DNA of 58,758 nucleotides, filler included, from Sphacelaria rigidula (Eukaryota), in the NCBI GenBank assembly GCA_964200075.2. It is 3 parts of 3 records of this genome, joined end to end, with 100 filler letters (N's around TTAATTAATTAA, not from the genome) between each part and the next. Parts side by side here need not be neighbours in the genome. Positions count along the whole stretch, not along the records: positions 1 to 19,520 come from CAXNAA020000652.1; positions 19,621 to 39,140 come from CAXNAA020000653.1; 1 more part is not named here. The stretch is one strand, 5' to 3'. This document shows, piece after piece, positions 13,941-25,600 of this stretch. The first letter of the stretch is position 1, and the number at the start of each line of letters is the position of its first letter. Made by a program: the position numbers and the translations under genes. A model generated the notes under the pieces. The model ran no database searches, had not been told where the DNA came from, and worked only from the letters and a program-made list of their open reading frames with translations.

Positions 13941-14254
13941 CGTGGGACTTCGCGCCGCCCGTCTCCGGCATCACGCCTATTGCCTTGGCCGGCGATGACC
14001 CCGGCACCGTCGTCGCTAAAGACGTCTCGCTTCGTCTCGGAGATACCCTCCAGGATAGAGCCCCGACACCAGTACTACCGGTGCCAAAACTCCTCGCGCT
14101 ACTACTACGCTGGCCGACGTCTCCTCTGCTGACTGGGGTGAGGGCCCCGACTCCGCCCAAGATATTGTCCGCGCTGGGGAAGGAGTATTTGTCGTCAGAG
14201 TGCGATGTCGTATCGGCTGACGCTGGGGTAGTCGCCGTTGGCTTCGGATTGCTC
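13941..14254 (-). CDS. Gene A exon, Ser/Thr/Gly-rich
   Basis: tctag| phase 2 in: SNPKPTATTPASADTT...GGAKSH(G)|gttcgt; an alternative donor gtgaga would end the exon at 13933. Confidence 0.68.
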
Positions 14255-15390
14255 CTAGACAGAATATGAGGTAGAGGTGGGTAGGTGAGTAGGGAGGGTA
14301 CACATCAGACACGGAAAACATATATATATGTGTGCTATAAAATGAGGACATGCGCTGTAGTCGTAATATAACAAGAGGAAGTCACGTTTTGTGTAGGGAT
14401 TGGGGGGGCTGCCCTGACTGAATAAAATGCAAACGTGAAATGGGCGAAAATGCATGAAATGTGCGTCATCAGGATGAGAGGGAAGGGGAAAAAATTATAA
14501 TTGTGAAGCACTAGAAAAGTATTCGAGTGCCACTCACTCACCCTGGTGGTCAAAGGGCTCAAGTCGAATACAAAGCACGTGTGTTCTTCATGAGCATGTA
14601 TTTTCAAGTATACGGTAGGAGGAAGCGGGGCGATGGAAATTCAACAGGGGTCTCTCGCGTCGCAGACGGACGAACCGACTTAACTGCACCCCCTTCCCCG
14701 CCTCGCCTTTGTCGAATCTCGAAAAAGGTCGCCGTCTGCCACACCCGGGACAATTGATGACAATGTCAAAATGTACTACTGGGTACAGAGAGGAAAACGC
14801 AACGCATCGGAGGTTCTCTGCTGTCCAATAGACACCTGCACGTGGGGTACATCACCACCTGCCTGAGTCAGTTACATTGACCTCTACAGACTCTAGGTAG
14901 GGGAACAACAGCACTAGGTTGCCTGTTGCTGTGGGTATGGACCGCGATGACCGAAATGTAAGGCGTGCACCGGGGGGCAGCGGGCGAAGGCGGGGGGGGC
15001 GGGGGTTCTCATTTTGCTTGCCTTCGTTATTTGTTCATGACCCTGCATCCCTTGCGAAACGGAGCATCATTACACTGTACCGAGGGAGAAATGGGTTGAT
15101 CCCTTGAGACCACGGACCCGTCCGGAGAAAGTAGAGGAGCTACATTTCAAGTATAAGTCATTTCAGCTACACACTGAAGCTCCAGGTCACTGATACACTG
15201 TCTGTCAGGAGGGGATGAGCAACACCAACGCACAAGACAGTTATGATGACATTCGCGCAACGTTTGTGTTGTGTTGACTTGCTTGGTGTCTACTGAAAAC
15301 ATGGCGTGAGGACAAAAAATTGATCTACGACGGTTCCGGCGGCTCACCCCGCCACGCTTAATGGACCGACACCAAGATACATGAGATGTT

Positions 15391-15763
15391 TGGGTGTGTT
15401 TCGCCATCCCATCAATTTTGGACGCCAGTCTTGACGTTTCGGTATATGTGGGCGCATCAGCCGGGGTCACACAGGAAGAAGGCCAACACAGGAGTTTCTT
15501 CCCCCCTTCTTTTGTTGTTTCAGTCCTTCACCTTCCTTCTCCGGTGCTCGTCTTAATTTAAATCGTGAGAGCGGTTCAGCGGTCCCTTCCCCTCGTCGAC
15601 GGTGAAGTCGAACTTTGTTTACCCACAATATGCCATGGTCACTCTCCACTACTGTTGGGCATGGTGGGGGAAGAAATCGCAGATCGTGTGACTTCGAGAT
15701 TCGAACCAACGACGCAATCGTCAGAAGGTTTCGAGGTTACCAACTGAGCCACCAGGGCGACCG
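15391..15763 (-). mobile_element. tRNA-derived SINE, family 1
   Basis: A box TGGCTCAGTTGG, B box GGTTCGAATC; shared 3' tail GGCGTCCA..GATGGGA..ACAC; similar to 17236-17592. Confidence 0.8.
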
Positions 15764-16292
15764 CTTCAACAACCGACGACATTCAGGTACGTCGCGTAAT
15801 AATGTAGTGAATGTGATGTGTGCGTGTTGTGGCACATGTCTTGACATCGACACGGTTTGATGACAAGAGACTCTCCATCTACAACCAATGCCAGCAGGGC
15901 ACATGGGCCACGCACGTCCGTGAACTCAGTGAAATGATGTAAGCAAGTGCGGGAGTGCTGACCCAATTCGCAATCCTCCATCCTCCCCCCCCGCCATTTC
16001 CTGCCCTCTCGCTCTCCCGTTTCAACAAATAACGTGCAAGTTAGAGTCGTGAGAGTCCAGCCCACAATTTTTAAGTGGAGTAAGTTAAGACCAAGCCTCT
16101 CGGGCGTATGCTGTTCTGCCGTTGGAGCCCCCGCTGAACTTCGGTATTGTTTACTGTACGGCGTCTGGTAGTATCATATAATGGGGAGTATTGCATGAGT
16201 TTCCCTACTTTTTCAACACTTGTGTCGTCAAGAGTCGTGTTTGTGCGTGTTTCGTAAAAATTGCCCTCTCATGCCCCCTTCGTTAGCCTCAC

Positions 16293-16648
16293 CCGTACCA
16301 CCACGATGCGTCCGAGGCGCGCCCGGTCGCCGGCGTAGACACTGCCGAAGGTATGCCCGCGGGTGATCCTCTGTCTCCTCGCGCAATCGCTTCTTCGCGC
16401 GAGCGGGTGGGAGATGCCTCGCCCGCCAATGCCGCTGCGGCGCTCAAGCTGCCGACGTCTTCACCGCCAGCCACGCCAACACCGGCCGCCGCCAATGCTC
16501 GTGCGGCGTTCCCCCGGCTGATCGACAGCGGCTGTCGTTGATCGGCGCTGCTACTGCTGCCGCCGCCACCGCCGCCGCTGCTTTGGCGCGGCGACTTTTT
16601 CCCCTTGCATTCGTAGGTGCCGTCCAACTCAGCGCCATCTTCCATTGT
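16293..16648 (-). CDS. Gene A exon, Gly/Ala/Ser-rich
   Basis: ccag|TMEDGAELDGTYECKGKKSPRQSSGGGG...ASWWY(GG)|gtgagg; GC-rich coding-like ORF 16289-16645. Confidence 0.72.
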
Positions 16649-16941
16649 CTGGGTTATTTATTGTTTGGGGGCAGGGGCGATTCCGGTGGAGTTTGACTGG
16701 ATAAAAAAAAAACGACATGGGTATGTTGGCTGTCTGGTCGACTGTTTGATGGGTGGATTGACCGATTGGATGATGATCTGATGCGATACGGGCGATAAGA
16801 CTTTGTGTGCAGCCGACCGTGGTAATTCTTAGGGCAGCAGACCGAGACGCTTGTGTTAGTGGTGTGTGTGTGTGTGTTGGAGGAAAATTGAAGAAGAAAA
16901 AAAACGGTATGCACGCAAGACATGAGGATTGACGACCGCAC

Positions 16942-16996
16942 GCTCATCAGTTTCAGCAACTTTTGAAGAGACGTGGCGAATTCACCAATTTTGCAC
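16942..16996 (-). CDS. Gene A exon
   Basis: gtag|(R)CKIGEFATSLQKLLKLMS|gtgcgg, phase 2/0, links the flanking exons in frame. Confidence 0.5.
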
Positions 16997-17235
16997 CTAC
17001 ATCAGCACTACTAATAACACTATCGGACAACATGAAACAACACGTCCGTACAACAGGAAGGTACAACATATTTCGCTCAAAGATTTTCTTGTTTGTATTC
17101 GCTCCGGCTTGCATGTGGCTTCTGGTAAGCTTCATGTCCCAGACCTTGAAGCCCAGCACTACATAATATTTTTTCAACCGCATTCGTATTCCGTTCATCT
17201 TTTTCCCTATGCACATACCATACATACCGTATCAC

Positions 17236-17592
17236 CGGTCGCCCCCGTGGCTCACTTGTGGTAACCTCGAAATCTTTTGACGATTGGGTCGTGGGTTGGA
17301 ATTCCGGTGCAGTCACATGATGTGAGACTTTTTCTCACAACATGCTCAACAGTGGGAAACAACCATGTCGTGGGCACACAACATTCGACTTCACGGTCGA
17401 CGAGGGGAAGGGACTGCTGAAGCCCTCTCGCGGTAAAAATGGCAAGCGCAGCAGAAGGACGGTGAAGTTCTAAAGAATACAAATAACAACTCCTGTATCG
17501 ACGTTCCTCCTGTGTGACTCCGGCTGATGCTCCCACATATACCGTAAGGTGTAGACTGGCGTCCAGAATAGATGGGATAACAACACACACAC
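17236..17592 (+). mobile_element. tRNA-derived SINE, family 1
   Basis: CGGTCGCCCCCGTGGCTCA head, degenerate B box, tail AGAATAGATGGGATAACAACACACAC. Confidence 0.8.
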
Positions 17593-17895
17593 GCATGGCT
17601 AATAGTAGTCCTGGACCTTAACTTACCGACACAAAAAAAATGGCACTCTTTTCATGCAGAGCTATCGGCAAGGGATACAGCACCATGAAAAACTGGTCCA
17701 ACACCGCTGGAAACTGACACATACTCGAGATCACATAAAATGGCGACACAAACACTCGATGACTATAGGAGACCCGACAAAAGCTACGAGGAAAAACTGG
17801 AACGAGAGGAAGACGAAGGCAGAGACAAGGAGTAGTACTAGTACTACTACTAGTACTACTACTAGTAGTAGTGGTAATGTTACTGGTAGTAGTAC

Positions 17896-17987
17896 CTGCG
17901 CGGTCCCTCCAAACGTGACGGTAGTTGCAAATTCACACGCACAATATTGTCGGTCGGAATCGCGTGTCGCAAGTCCAACCCGGTACC
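17896..17987 (-). CDS. Gene A exon
   Basis: caag|GTGLDLRHAIPTDNIVRVNLQLPSRLEGPR(AG)|gtacta, phase 0/2; an acceptor 7 nt upstream would give another open frame. Confidence 0.5.
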
Positions 17988-18294
17988 CTTGATCCTTCAA
18001 GCAAACGCACCGCGGCGGCGTCATCATCGCTCATCATTGTGCAACCAAGTGCTACAGAGAGATACTTATAAAGGTTTAATTCATGTCGTCAAATGGACGG
18101 AATACATATAAATGTATATATTCATCACATCACAACTGGAATAACACGGGAAAACGACTGTAGCACCGTCCTTCGCCACCAGGGTGAGCGTCCTCTTTCC
18201 AACAGTGGGGAAGAAAAAAAAATCAAGAACGCACCATACGATTATAAACCACGCTCCCGGATATGCTTCCCGTTGACCGGAGAGAAACTTTCAC

Positions 18295-18345
18295 CGTAGA
18301 CTCGAGAGACCCTTTCAAGCGTCCATATATCTCAGCTTCTTCCAC
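18295..18345 (-). CDS. Gene A exon
   Basis: ttctccag|VEEAEIYGRLKGSLEST|gtgaaa, phase 0/0. Confidence 0.6.
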
Positions 18346-18943
18346 CTGGAGAAGATCAACCCAGCAAAAACGGCGTGTCAAGCAAAGCAAAAAAAAAAGT
18401 AAGCACAAGAATGCGGACAAATTTAGAGTTTGTCCCAGTTAGCCCGCCGAAATCCATGGTTGAAACATGCCTGATTAGAGTGTTAACACCGCGATTCGGA
18501 TCTTGAGAGAGGCCATCAGTCCCGAGTGCGCCCAGCGTGTGCAGAGCGCGTCCTTGTCAAAATCGGCGCCACAAGCGCCAACTTGAGGTCTGCAATTGCC
18601 CACACCTTGCCCGAGGGCTGTCGGTATGTTTTGGTCTGCGTTAGGGTTGGTTGAGGCTAGGGTAGACTACTCTTGTCTCAAAAGCATATCCACCATGGAC
18701 TCGAGGAGACTAATCGTATTTACTTTTCTTGTAACCGTTCACTCTGTTCTGTTCCATGTTTTCTATTTTCTGTTTTTTTTCTCCAACGAGTGCTTCAATT
18801 TTGTCTTGTCACGGGCACGGCCATCACGTTACTACGGCTGGATCCCTGAGGACTCAATTGAAGTGCGACAATCAAACAATCAACTGCGGTGAACCCACCA
18901 CGACTAGAGAAGGGCGAGGGCGCGCGGGGGGAAGGGGGCTCAC

Positions 18944-19011
18944 ATGCACGAAATGATACGATTGGGAGGAGCGAAGCGAGGCAAAGGAAGGCGAAGCAGA
19001 AGAGGAGGAGC
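18944..19011 (-). CDS. Exon of uncharacterised minus-strand multi-exon gene (gene A)
   Basis: tag|(G)SSSSASPSFASLRSSQSYHFVH|gtgagc; phase 0 out fits next exon. Confidence 0.5.
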
Positions 19012-19520
19012 CTACCAGAAAAACATATGCAGTCCAAACAAAAAAAGCACCACCGGCGGCAGGAGGCAATCGTCAACCTTTATATGCCGCTCAACAAAAA
19101 AAAACAAGAACGTGACGACAACATGCGCAAATACGCAGGCTTCGTGTCTCCCCCCTGGCGTGTCGAAGGACTCCGATATCTATGAGAAAACACAACACAA
19201 TATCCCCACGGGAACTATGCGGGCTCTTGTATCGTGAGAGGCCGCGTCCGCCCGCCGCTTGGTTGTATGCTTAGTTTCCATAAATTCAGATCCACCATGT
19301 CCTCCTGGGACGGATGGGTGGAGGAAGCACTCGAAACAAAAAAATACATGCCGACACACTCGTCATCTTTTTCTCATCTTGTTCATTTTTTCTTCTTGTA
19401 TGCATCACATCGACCAGATTTCACTCCATGCAGGGGGGGGGGGGGGGGCGTATTTTTTTTTTTTTTTCCTTTTTTGTTTGTTTTTTGCCCCCCCTTCCCT
19501 TTCTCGCCGGCGCCCCTTCC

Positions 19521-19620
19521 NNNNNNNNNNNNNNNNNNNNNNNNNNNNNNNNNNNNNNNNNNNNTTAATTAATTAANNNNNNNNNNNNNNNNNNNNNNNN
19601 NNNNNNNNNNNNNNNNNNNN
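19521..19620. other. Artificial scaffold linker
   Basis: 100-bp N spacer with central TTAATTAATTAA (stops in all six frames). Confidence 0.95.
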
Positions 19621-20524
19621 AGAGAGAGAAGTAACGACAGAGAGGAAGCTCCTCGCCCGTGTCCTTTGTGTGTCCTCGCTCGGCGATTACCAATCGCTTG
19701 AGAAACTGGCATCATCGATCTTATTACACCAGCATGCGCCAGTTTTTTCATGTGCCAGAACATCGACGTGCGGAGAGATTGCATCGTCTCTCCTTGCCTG
19801 TCGCCAACGCGAAGATCGATTGCTCTCTGTCTCTCTTTTTGGACAAGACGCGCCTCTGTGCGCTGAAAAAAACGTCGTTGAAAACTAGGGCAATGTTCCC
19901 GTCACCGCTACTACTGTTCTCTGTCACACACATGCCAGCAAGGGCGGTGCTGCGGCAATAACAGATAGATCCAATTTGAACTTAGGGGGTGCTATTCATC
20001 GTTGATTTTCGCCCACCTCCCCCGACCGGGTGCCCGAGCAGAAGTGCGTGGCACACGGCAGTTGAGGGGGATGTATGAGAGATCAAACACTTGTAGAGAC
20101 CTTTTTGACATGCGGAGTGAAAGAAGATACCTATGGTGGGGACCTGACTGTTGCTAGCGTGGCGCATAGACAATCTGCAGCACACGCTGGTCGCGTGGGC
20201 GGCTTGGTCAGTACGAGTACCTTCTCATAAGTAATAATTATTGCGATGTCCGGAGGTCATGGATTATCACAAGTTGGGAGGACAGACGAGAGTGCTCTAC
20301 GATCAACCGTATGTCGTTGCATTCGAGACCCACGCCATCAACTGCCGACAGCAAGGCTCTTGTGGCTTTCACGCGACGCTGTCGGCAGTAAGACAGGCAA
20401 GCCGGATCATAACTACCTTTCGTTGTTCTCCCGCACGTATTCCCGTCTGCTCAGGGGTGGTCACGGTAACAAACTGCACCGAAGTCGCAACATCTGTGAA
20501 AGCTAGAGAGTCTGATTTTATAAA

Positions 20525-20580
20525 ATGCACCCACACAATTCAAACGGCTCTCAACGGCTGAGGGAAGGTGGCCAGAGAAG
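20525..20580 (+). CDS. Putative first exon of plus-strand gene B (Beclin-1/ATG6-like candidate)
   Basis: ATG MHPHNSNGSQRLREGGQR(AG)|gtaacc, phase 2 fits next exon. Confidence 0.4.
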
Positions 20581-20957
20581 GTAACCTCAGCGTTAGAATT
20601 AAACCCCAGGGAAGTCCGGAATTAACGGGTTGTTTTCTTGGAAACCAGTCGTTCATTGTAACAGGTGTAAAGTGTTCGAGCAAGGAAATATCGATTTTGA
20701 ACGGGGGAACATGTACTCGATACCCCTGAATACTGTTCTACATATTACATTCCGAGCGATGTTCACCAAATACCTCCACAGTTGTTTCAAATCCCATCTG
20801 AGGATGACGGTGCCAGGGCTTTTCGTCGCTGCATCAGATCTCGTTTGAGACCGTCAGAAGGGATATTCACACTACAGCTGCCGCGGCTCTTAAGTTAAAA
20901 ATAAACGGCTGGAAATTTTGAGACGCGTTGCACTACAACAGTGGTGTTGTTCAACAG

Positions 20958-21101
20958 CTCCACCGCAAAACCGGTTTTCAACAGCCACGGCGGAGGTGGC
21001 CATACAAAGCGTGATAGCTGGTTCAGACTAGATGAAGCACCTCGCATGAGCACTACTGACGAAACAACCCCAGGCGTCGGACGAACCCTTACCCCCGTTG
21101 T
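20958..21101 (+). CDS. Gene B exon
   Basis: caacag|(S)STAKPVFNSHGGGGHTKRDSWFRLDEAPRMSTTDETTPGVGRTLTPV(GT)|gtgtgt, phase 2/2. Confidence 0.48.
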
Positions 21102-21195
21102 GTGTGTCTGCAGCTTTATCGTGGGGCACCCATTTCATCCAACTGAACACTGTACTGTGGTGATGCCGTGCTGTGGTGATTGTATATCTCAGCAG

Positions 21196-21348
21196 ACTGC
21201 TGAATGACGCTGCGTTTCAAAGATCGTTGGCGTCTGCCGCCGCATCGGATCGTTTCGCTGACGGCGGTCGTCGCCGGCGCAACAATATGACGTCTCTCTC
21301 AGATACACAACAAGAGGCGCTAGAAAACTCGATACCTAGTCCAAAGAA
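21196..21348 (+). CDS. Gene B exon
   Basis: cagcag|LLNDAAFQRSLASAAASDRFADGGRRRRNNMTSLSDTQQEALENSIPSPK(AA)|gtatgt, phase 2/2. Confidence 0.55.
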
Positions 21349-21475
21349 GTATGTTTTCAGCATGCTTTGTTACGTGATCCGTAGCGCTTAGAGGCAAGGG
21401 TTGCTCGATAGGTGCCGCACAATGAATGAGGGCAGCTTTTCGGTTGGACTGTACACCACACTGCTTTCGCTGCAG

Positions 21476-21542
21476 TGCAGAAACTTCTGGGTCAGGGGCA
21501 CATGGTCGAAACCGCTTGCGAATCCCGAGCCTTTCGAACAAA
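21476..21542 (+). CDS. Gene B exon
   Basis: ctgcag|(N)AETSGSGAHGRNRLRIPSLSNK|gtaaat, phase 2/0. Confidence 0.5.
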
Positions 21543-21931
21543 GTAAATGAAATTTCGATGGTCCGTTGAGCCTCAATAAATTGTTGAACCTCAAAAACGA
21601 ACCCAGGCTCTTCAATGCGACCCTACTATATATTGATCGTGCTATATGCCGTCACCCACACTACCCCAATATAGGTTGATGGGGAAGTATGTTTCCAACC
21701 CCACAATACCAATATATATTGGGCGGGCAATATGTATGCAGTCCCGCGACATCAATATATATATATATATATTGGGCGCGTAATACGTGTGCGATTTAAG
21801 GGTACCAATATATATATATTATAATACGCCAGCAATATATCGCAAAATTTCAATATGATCGACCAACATATATTGAAAACATATTGTATTGCCCAGGGTA
21901 TGAAACACTTCCGACAACGCGTCCTTCTTCT

Positions 21932-22611
21932 TGTTAATCGTGTGGTTTCACTCATGGTAAATATTAGATCCAGGATACTATAACGAGACTATCGGAGGAA
22001 ACTGTGGCGGATTAACCGATGGGAAATGGTACTGCTGACTTCCAGGAATGGTATTGTAGAACGATGGTTCGGACCGATTCTCGGAATGTTCTTGAAAGTG
22101 TTCGTTGTTTTCACTTTTTTCTCCAATAACCCGGAAACGACGGGGAGTTATCTTGTGGTATACGGTACGTTTCTGCGGGATGAAATGGGATATATTTGCC
22201 GTAGCTTGAGAAGGATTCTCGACGATGATGCACCTCCGCATCTCTCGCCACACCGTGTTCAGTGGTTGTGTGTTTGTGTGTGTGCTTTCCTACCCATGAG
22301 CGGTCTGATATGAATGAGACAATGAAAGACAACTGTGCACTTCTGCTTCTGTGACTTCATCTTCGACAAACAGTGTTATCGTGAGATTGAGAGTAGATGA
22401 TACGATTGAGAGTGGCTTTGATCATTCGCTTTAAGTGAGTCNNNNNNNNNNCGATTCATTCACTGATTGACCGCTTTTCACTCTCAATCGTATCATCTAC
22501 TCTCAATCTCACGAAAACACTGTTGGCAGCGGACGCTGTGCGAGATTGCCTTCTACGTTTTTGGTTGAGCAGTGCGTGCTCAAGCCATAAGACTCTAGAC
22601 TCGACCGAACA
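21932..22611 (+). repeat. Copia 5' LTR (contains a TIR insertion)
   Basis: TGTTAATCG...GACCGAACA; colinear with the 3' LTR, 12 mismatches in the first 127 aligned nt by hand count. Confidence 0.93.
22369..22524. mobile_element. TIR element/MITE inserted in copia 5' LTR (centre is an assembly gap)
   Basis: About 46-bp TIR AACAGTGTT(A/T)TCGTGAGATTGAGAGTAGATGATACGATTGAGAGTG; absent from the 3' LTR; flanks GACA/GGCA. Confidence 0.85.
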
Positions 22612-22667
22612 CGCTAGCGCGTTCCTTGGAACAAGAGTAGGGTAATTACGGTAGATAAGGCTGTATC

Positions 22668-25600
22668 ATGAGCGGTACAGGAGAAGCGCGGAGTGTGGTG
22701 GAGGAGCTGGAGGCTCCACTTCAGGCGTTGGTGGTAACACCAGAGAACTACCACAGCTTTCAAGAGTGGAAAGCGTCTCGAGCTAGGGGGGTTTCTACAA
22801 CTGGGGGGACAGGGCCGCCTCAGCTGGAAGCCCATGAAGGAGCAGGCCCGAGAGAGATTGGGAATGACACAACACTCACCGGGTCGGCCGGTCTGGGATT
22901 GGGTCGACTAGGGGCGGGGGCTGGAGCACCGCCCAGGGGCATAACAGGTACCCATGCCCCTGGCACATCGTTAGGAATGATGTCTGGTCTTGGTTTTCCC
23001 AGTACAGGGGGTATGCCAGATGTCGACAGCAGTTTGCAAAACCGAGGAAGTACGCAATCAGCGTCGTTACTAATGAGCGTGGATTCTAGGATGTTGGAAG
23101 CAAAGGATATCACAAAGTTTACGAGTAAGAAAAGTCAAAGATGGACGACTTTCATGTGTGATGTAGAGCGATATGCGTTCATGTGGGGTTTCGGAGATGG
23201 GTTGTTTCGCGACCCACCGCTCTGTGTTGATCCTCCAAATGAACCGCAGCTGTAAGGGTTAGGTGTCAGTCAGGACAACATCGAGCGAGCTCGCTTTGCG
23301 TATATTTTGTTTTTCAACACTGTCAAGGATCCGGTCGCGAGACATATCCTTGTGGATTCGCAATCACCGTCCATAGCATGGCGTGCACTGGACGAACAGT
23401 TCTCTCCCAAACTCTCGGGAGCTCGGATGGATGTCTTAGACGAGTTCACCAATCTGAAGTACACAAAAGGGCAGGATAAAGATGAATTCTGGATCCAACT
23501 ACAGTCAGTGCACTCGCGTTCTGTAACGTTGGGATAGGAGATTCCCCGTGACATGATAGTGGATAAATTCCTAAATTCCCTCCCCGCTGAGTACACCACG
23601 ATTCGAGATCAGTTGCGTTTCGAACCATCACTGTTGACTAACAGGACCCGAGCCGTTTTAAAGGATAAATTTCTGTCTCTGAAGAAAACCGGTACTTCGC
23701 GTGGTAGTGATCACAACCGTGCCTTGTGTGCAGGCAATAAGGGTTCAGGCTACCGGAGTAAAAAAAAGGGGCGGGAAGTCGCAGAAATCCGCGGCTGGAT
23801 CAAGTGATAAAAATGTACAGTCAGATGGAAAAGCAGGGGGTGACGGTAGTTCCTCGGGTAAGAAGGAAGCCGTAGATAAGAAAAACCTCACCTGTTACGA
23901 GTGTGGAAAAACTGGCCATTTTAAGTCTGAATGCCCAGAACGTGTTTGCGAGGGGTGCGGAGGAAAAGGACATTCAAAAGAGTTCCACAAAATGGTCGCA
24001 ATGTGTACGTCTGACTCTTTCAAGAACTCAGTAGACTTTGGTTTCATAGCAGTCGGGATTGACGAATACGCGTCTGCAGCAAATAATACACGAGGGGACT
24101 GTCGAGTTCTTGACGACGGGGGGCAAGAGGTTTTAATTGCAGACAGTGTTGCAACATGTCATGTGACCCCTTCGCGTGACTGCATATATGACTATGAGCC
24201 TTGCTCTGATCGTTCGGTAACGGTGGCTCACAGTCAAAAGGCGCCGTTTTGGGCTTTGAAAAAATCTTGTTGTCGACAGGTAGTGGCGAAGACAAGTTGA
24301 CATTCAGTATCAAGCGCGTTGCACGTGTGCCTGATTTGGACGTAAATCTTCTCTCCCTGCAGAGTGCAGTGATTGAGCATGGTTTGTCGAATAGTCTGAC
24401 GAGAGAGGGCACTGAAATCACGTTGCCCAGTGGGAAGAAACTGCTTTTTGAGAAGGACGGCAGAAATGATGTCTTGACCGCAACCCGCAGTAGCCTGCCA
24501 TCCAATTGTTCGTCGAAAACCCATCAGTCTGACCCCGATGAATCTGCGCAAGCTGTCCTTGCCCCGTGCAAGATGCCTGTTGACCGTAATCAGGTGGACA
24601 TAAATTTGGTTCACCAGTCACACGGGCACCTGCACGAGGGTTTGCTACGAGAAACGGCGAAACAGCTGGGGGTGACAATCGTGGGCAAGTTGCACGAATG
24701 CAAAGGTTGCTTCATGGCGAAGAGGTTGCGGAAATCCATCCCTACGTCCACCACCACACGTGCAGCTAAGCCTTTAGAGCGTGTGTTTATGGATGCGTCT
24801 GGCCCGAGACTGGTCGAGAGTGCAGGTGGCATGAAGTATTCTTTTATCATCCGGGATGATTTCACCCGGAAAATCTGGCTGTATTTCGGGAAACATAAGT
24901 CTGACACCACGAGGGCGTTTAAGCAATACCTGGCTGATGTAGGAGCACGGTGCATTCCTTCAGTCGTGGAGACCGTAAGATCTGACGGTGGTGGAGAGTT
25001 TTTAGGTTCTTTCAGTGATCTGTGTCGTAAGCATGGCATAAGGCAAGAGTACACCCCAGCAGACAGTTCCGAGTATAATGGTGTTGCCGAACGAGTAATC
25101 GCGATGATTGAGAAAGCCGCTATGGCAGATAGGATTCAGGCAAAGGTACTGTATGGTGTGGATGTTTCGGCAAGGCTGTGGGCTGAGTCGTATCGTTGGA
25201 CAGCAGATGCGTTGAACCGTTCTGCTACCACTGCTAACCCTGGGAAGAAGTCCCCAGATGAGGTGATTTACGGTGATGTGTTTGAAGTCAAGTTTCTCCC
25301 TTCCTTCAAGCCAGGATACTGTAGGCATAAGAGGACGTCAAAGTGTATGCCGAAAGTACAGGAGGGTTTTTACTTCGAGCCTGGCTACAACTACCCCCGT
25401 GATACCACGAGAATGCAGACGAAAGGCAGATATGTAGTCACTACTCGCGATGTTACTTGGCAGCGCTCACCCCCCCCCCCCCCAAATCGCAGCAAGCGAT
25501 TTCGTTTTTTATGTCGGGAGGTGAAAACTCACAGGATGTGGAGAGCGGGGAGGGCGATGTCGAGAGCTCTGATTCTGACTCTGACGAGTCGGATCTCGGC

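Noticed and set aside
15690-15763. Functional tRNA gene (also 46682 and 57038)
   Set aside because: A and B boxes present but no complete cloverleaf; each continues into a shared SINE body
17731-17895. Transmembrane-like LVVVLVVVLV ORF segment
   Set aside because: Translation of a TAG/TAC microsatellite just inside a predicted intron
19565-19576. Palindromic TTAATTAATTAA (also 39185-39196)
   Set aside because: Embedded in fixed-length N runs; assembly linker, not biology
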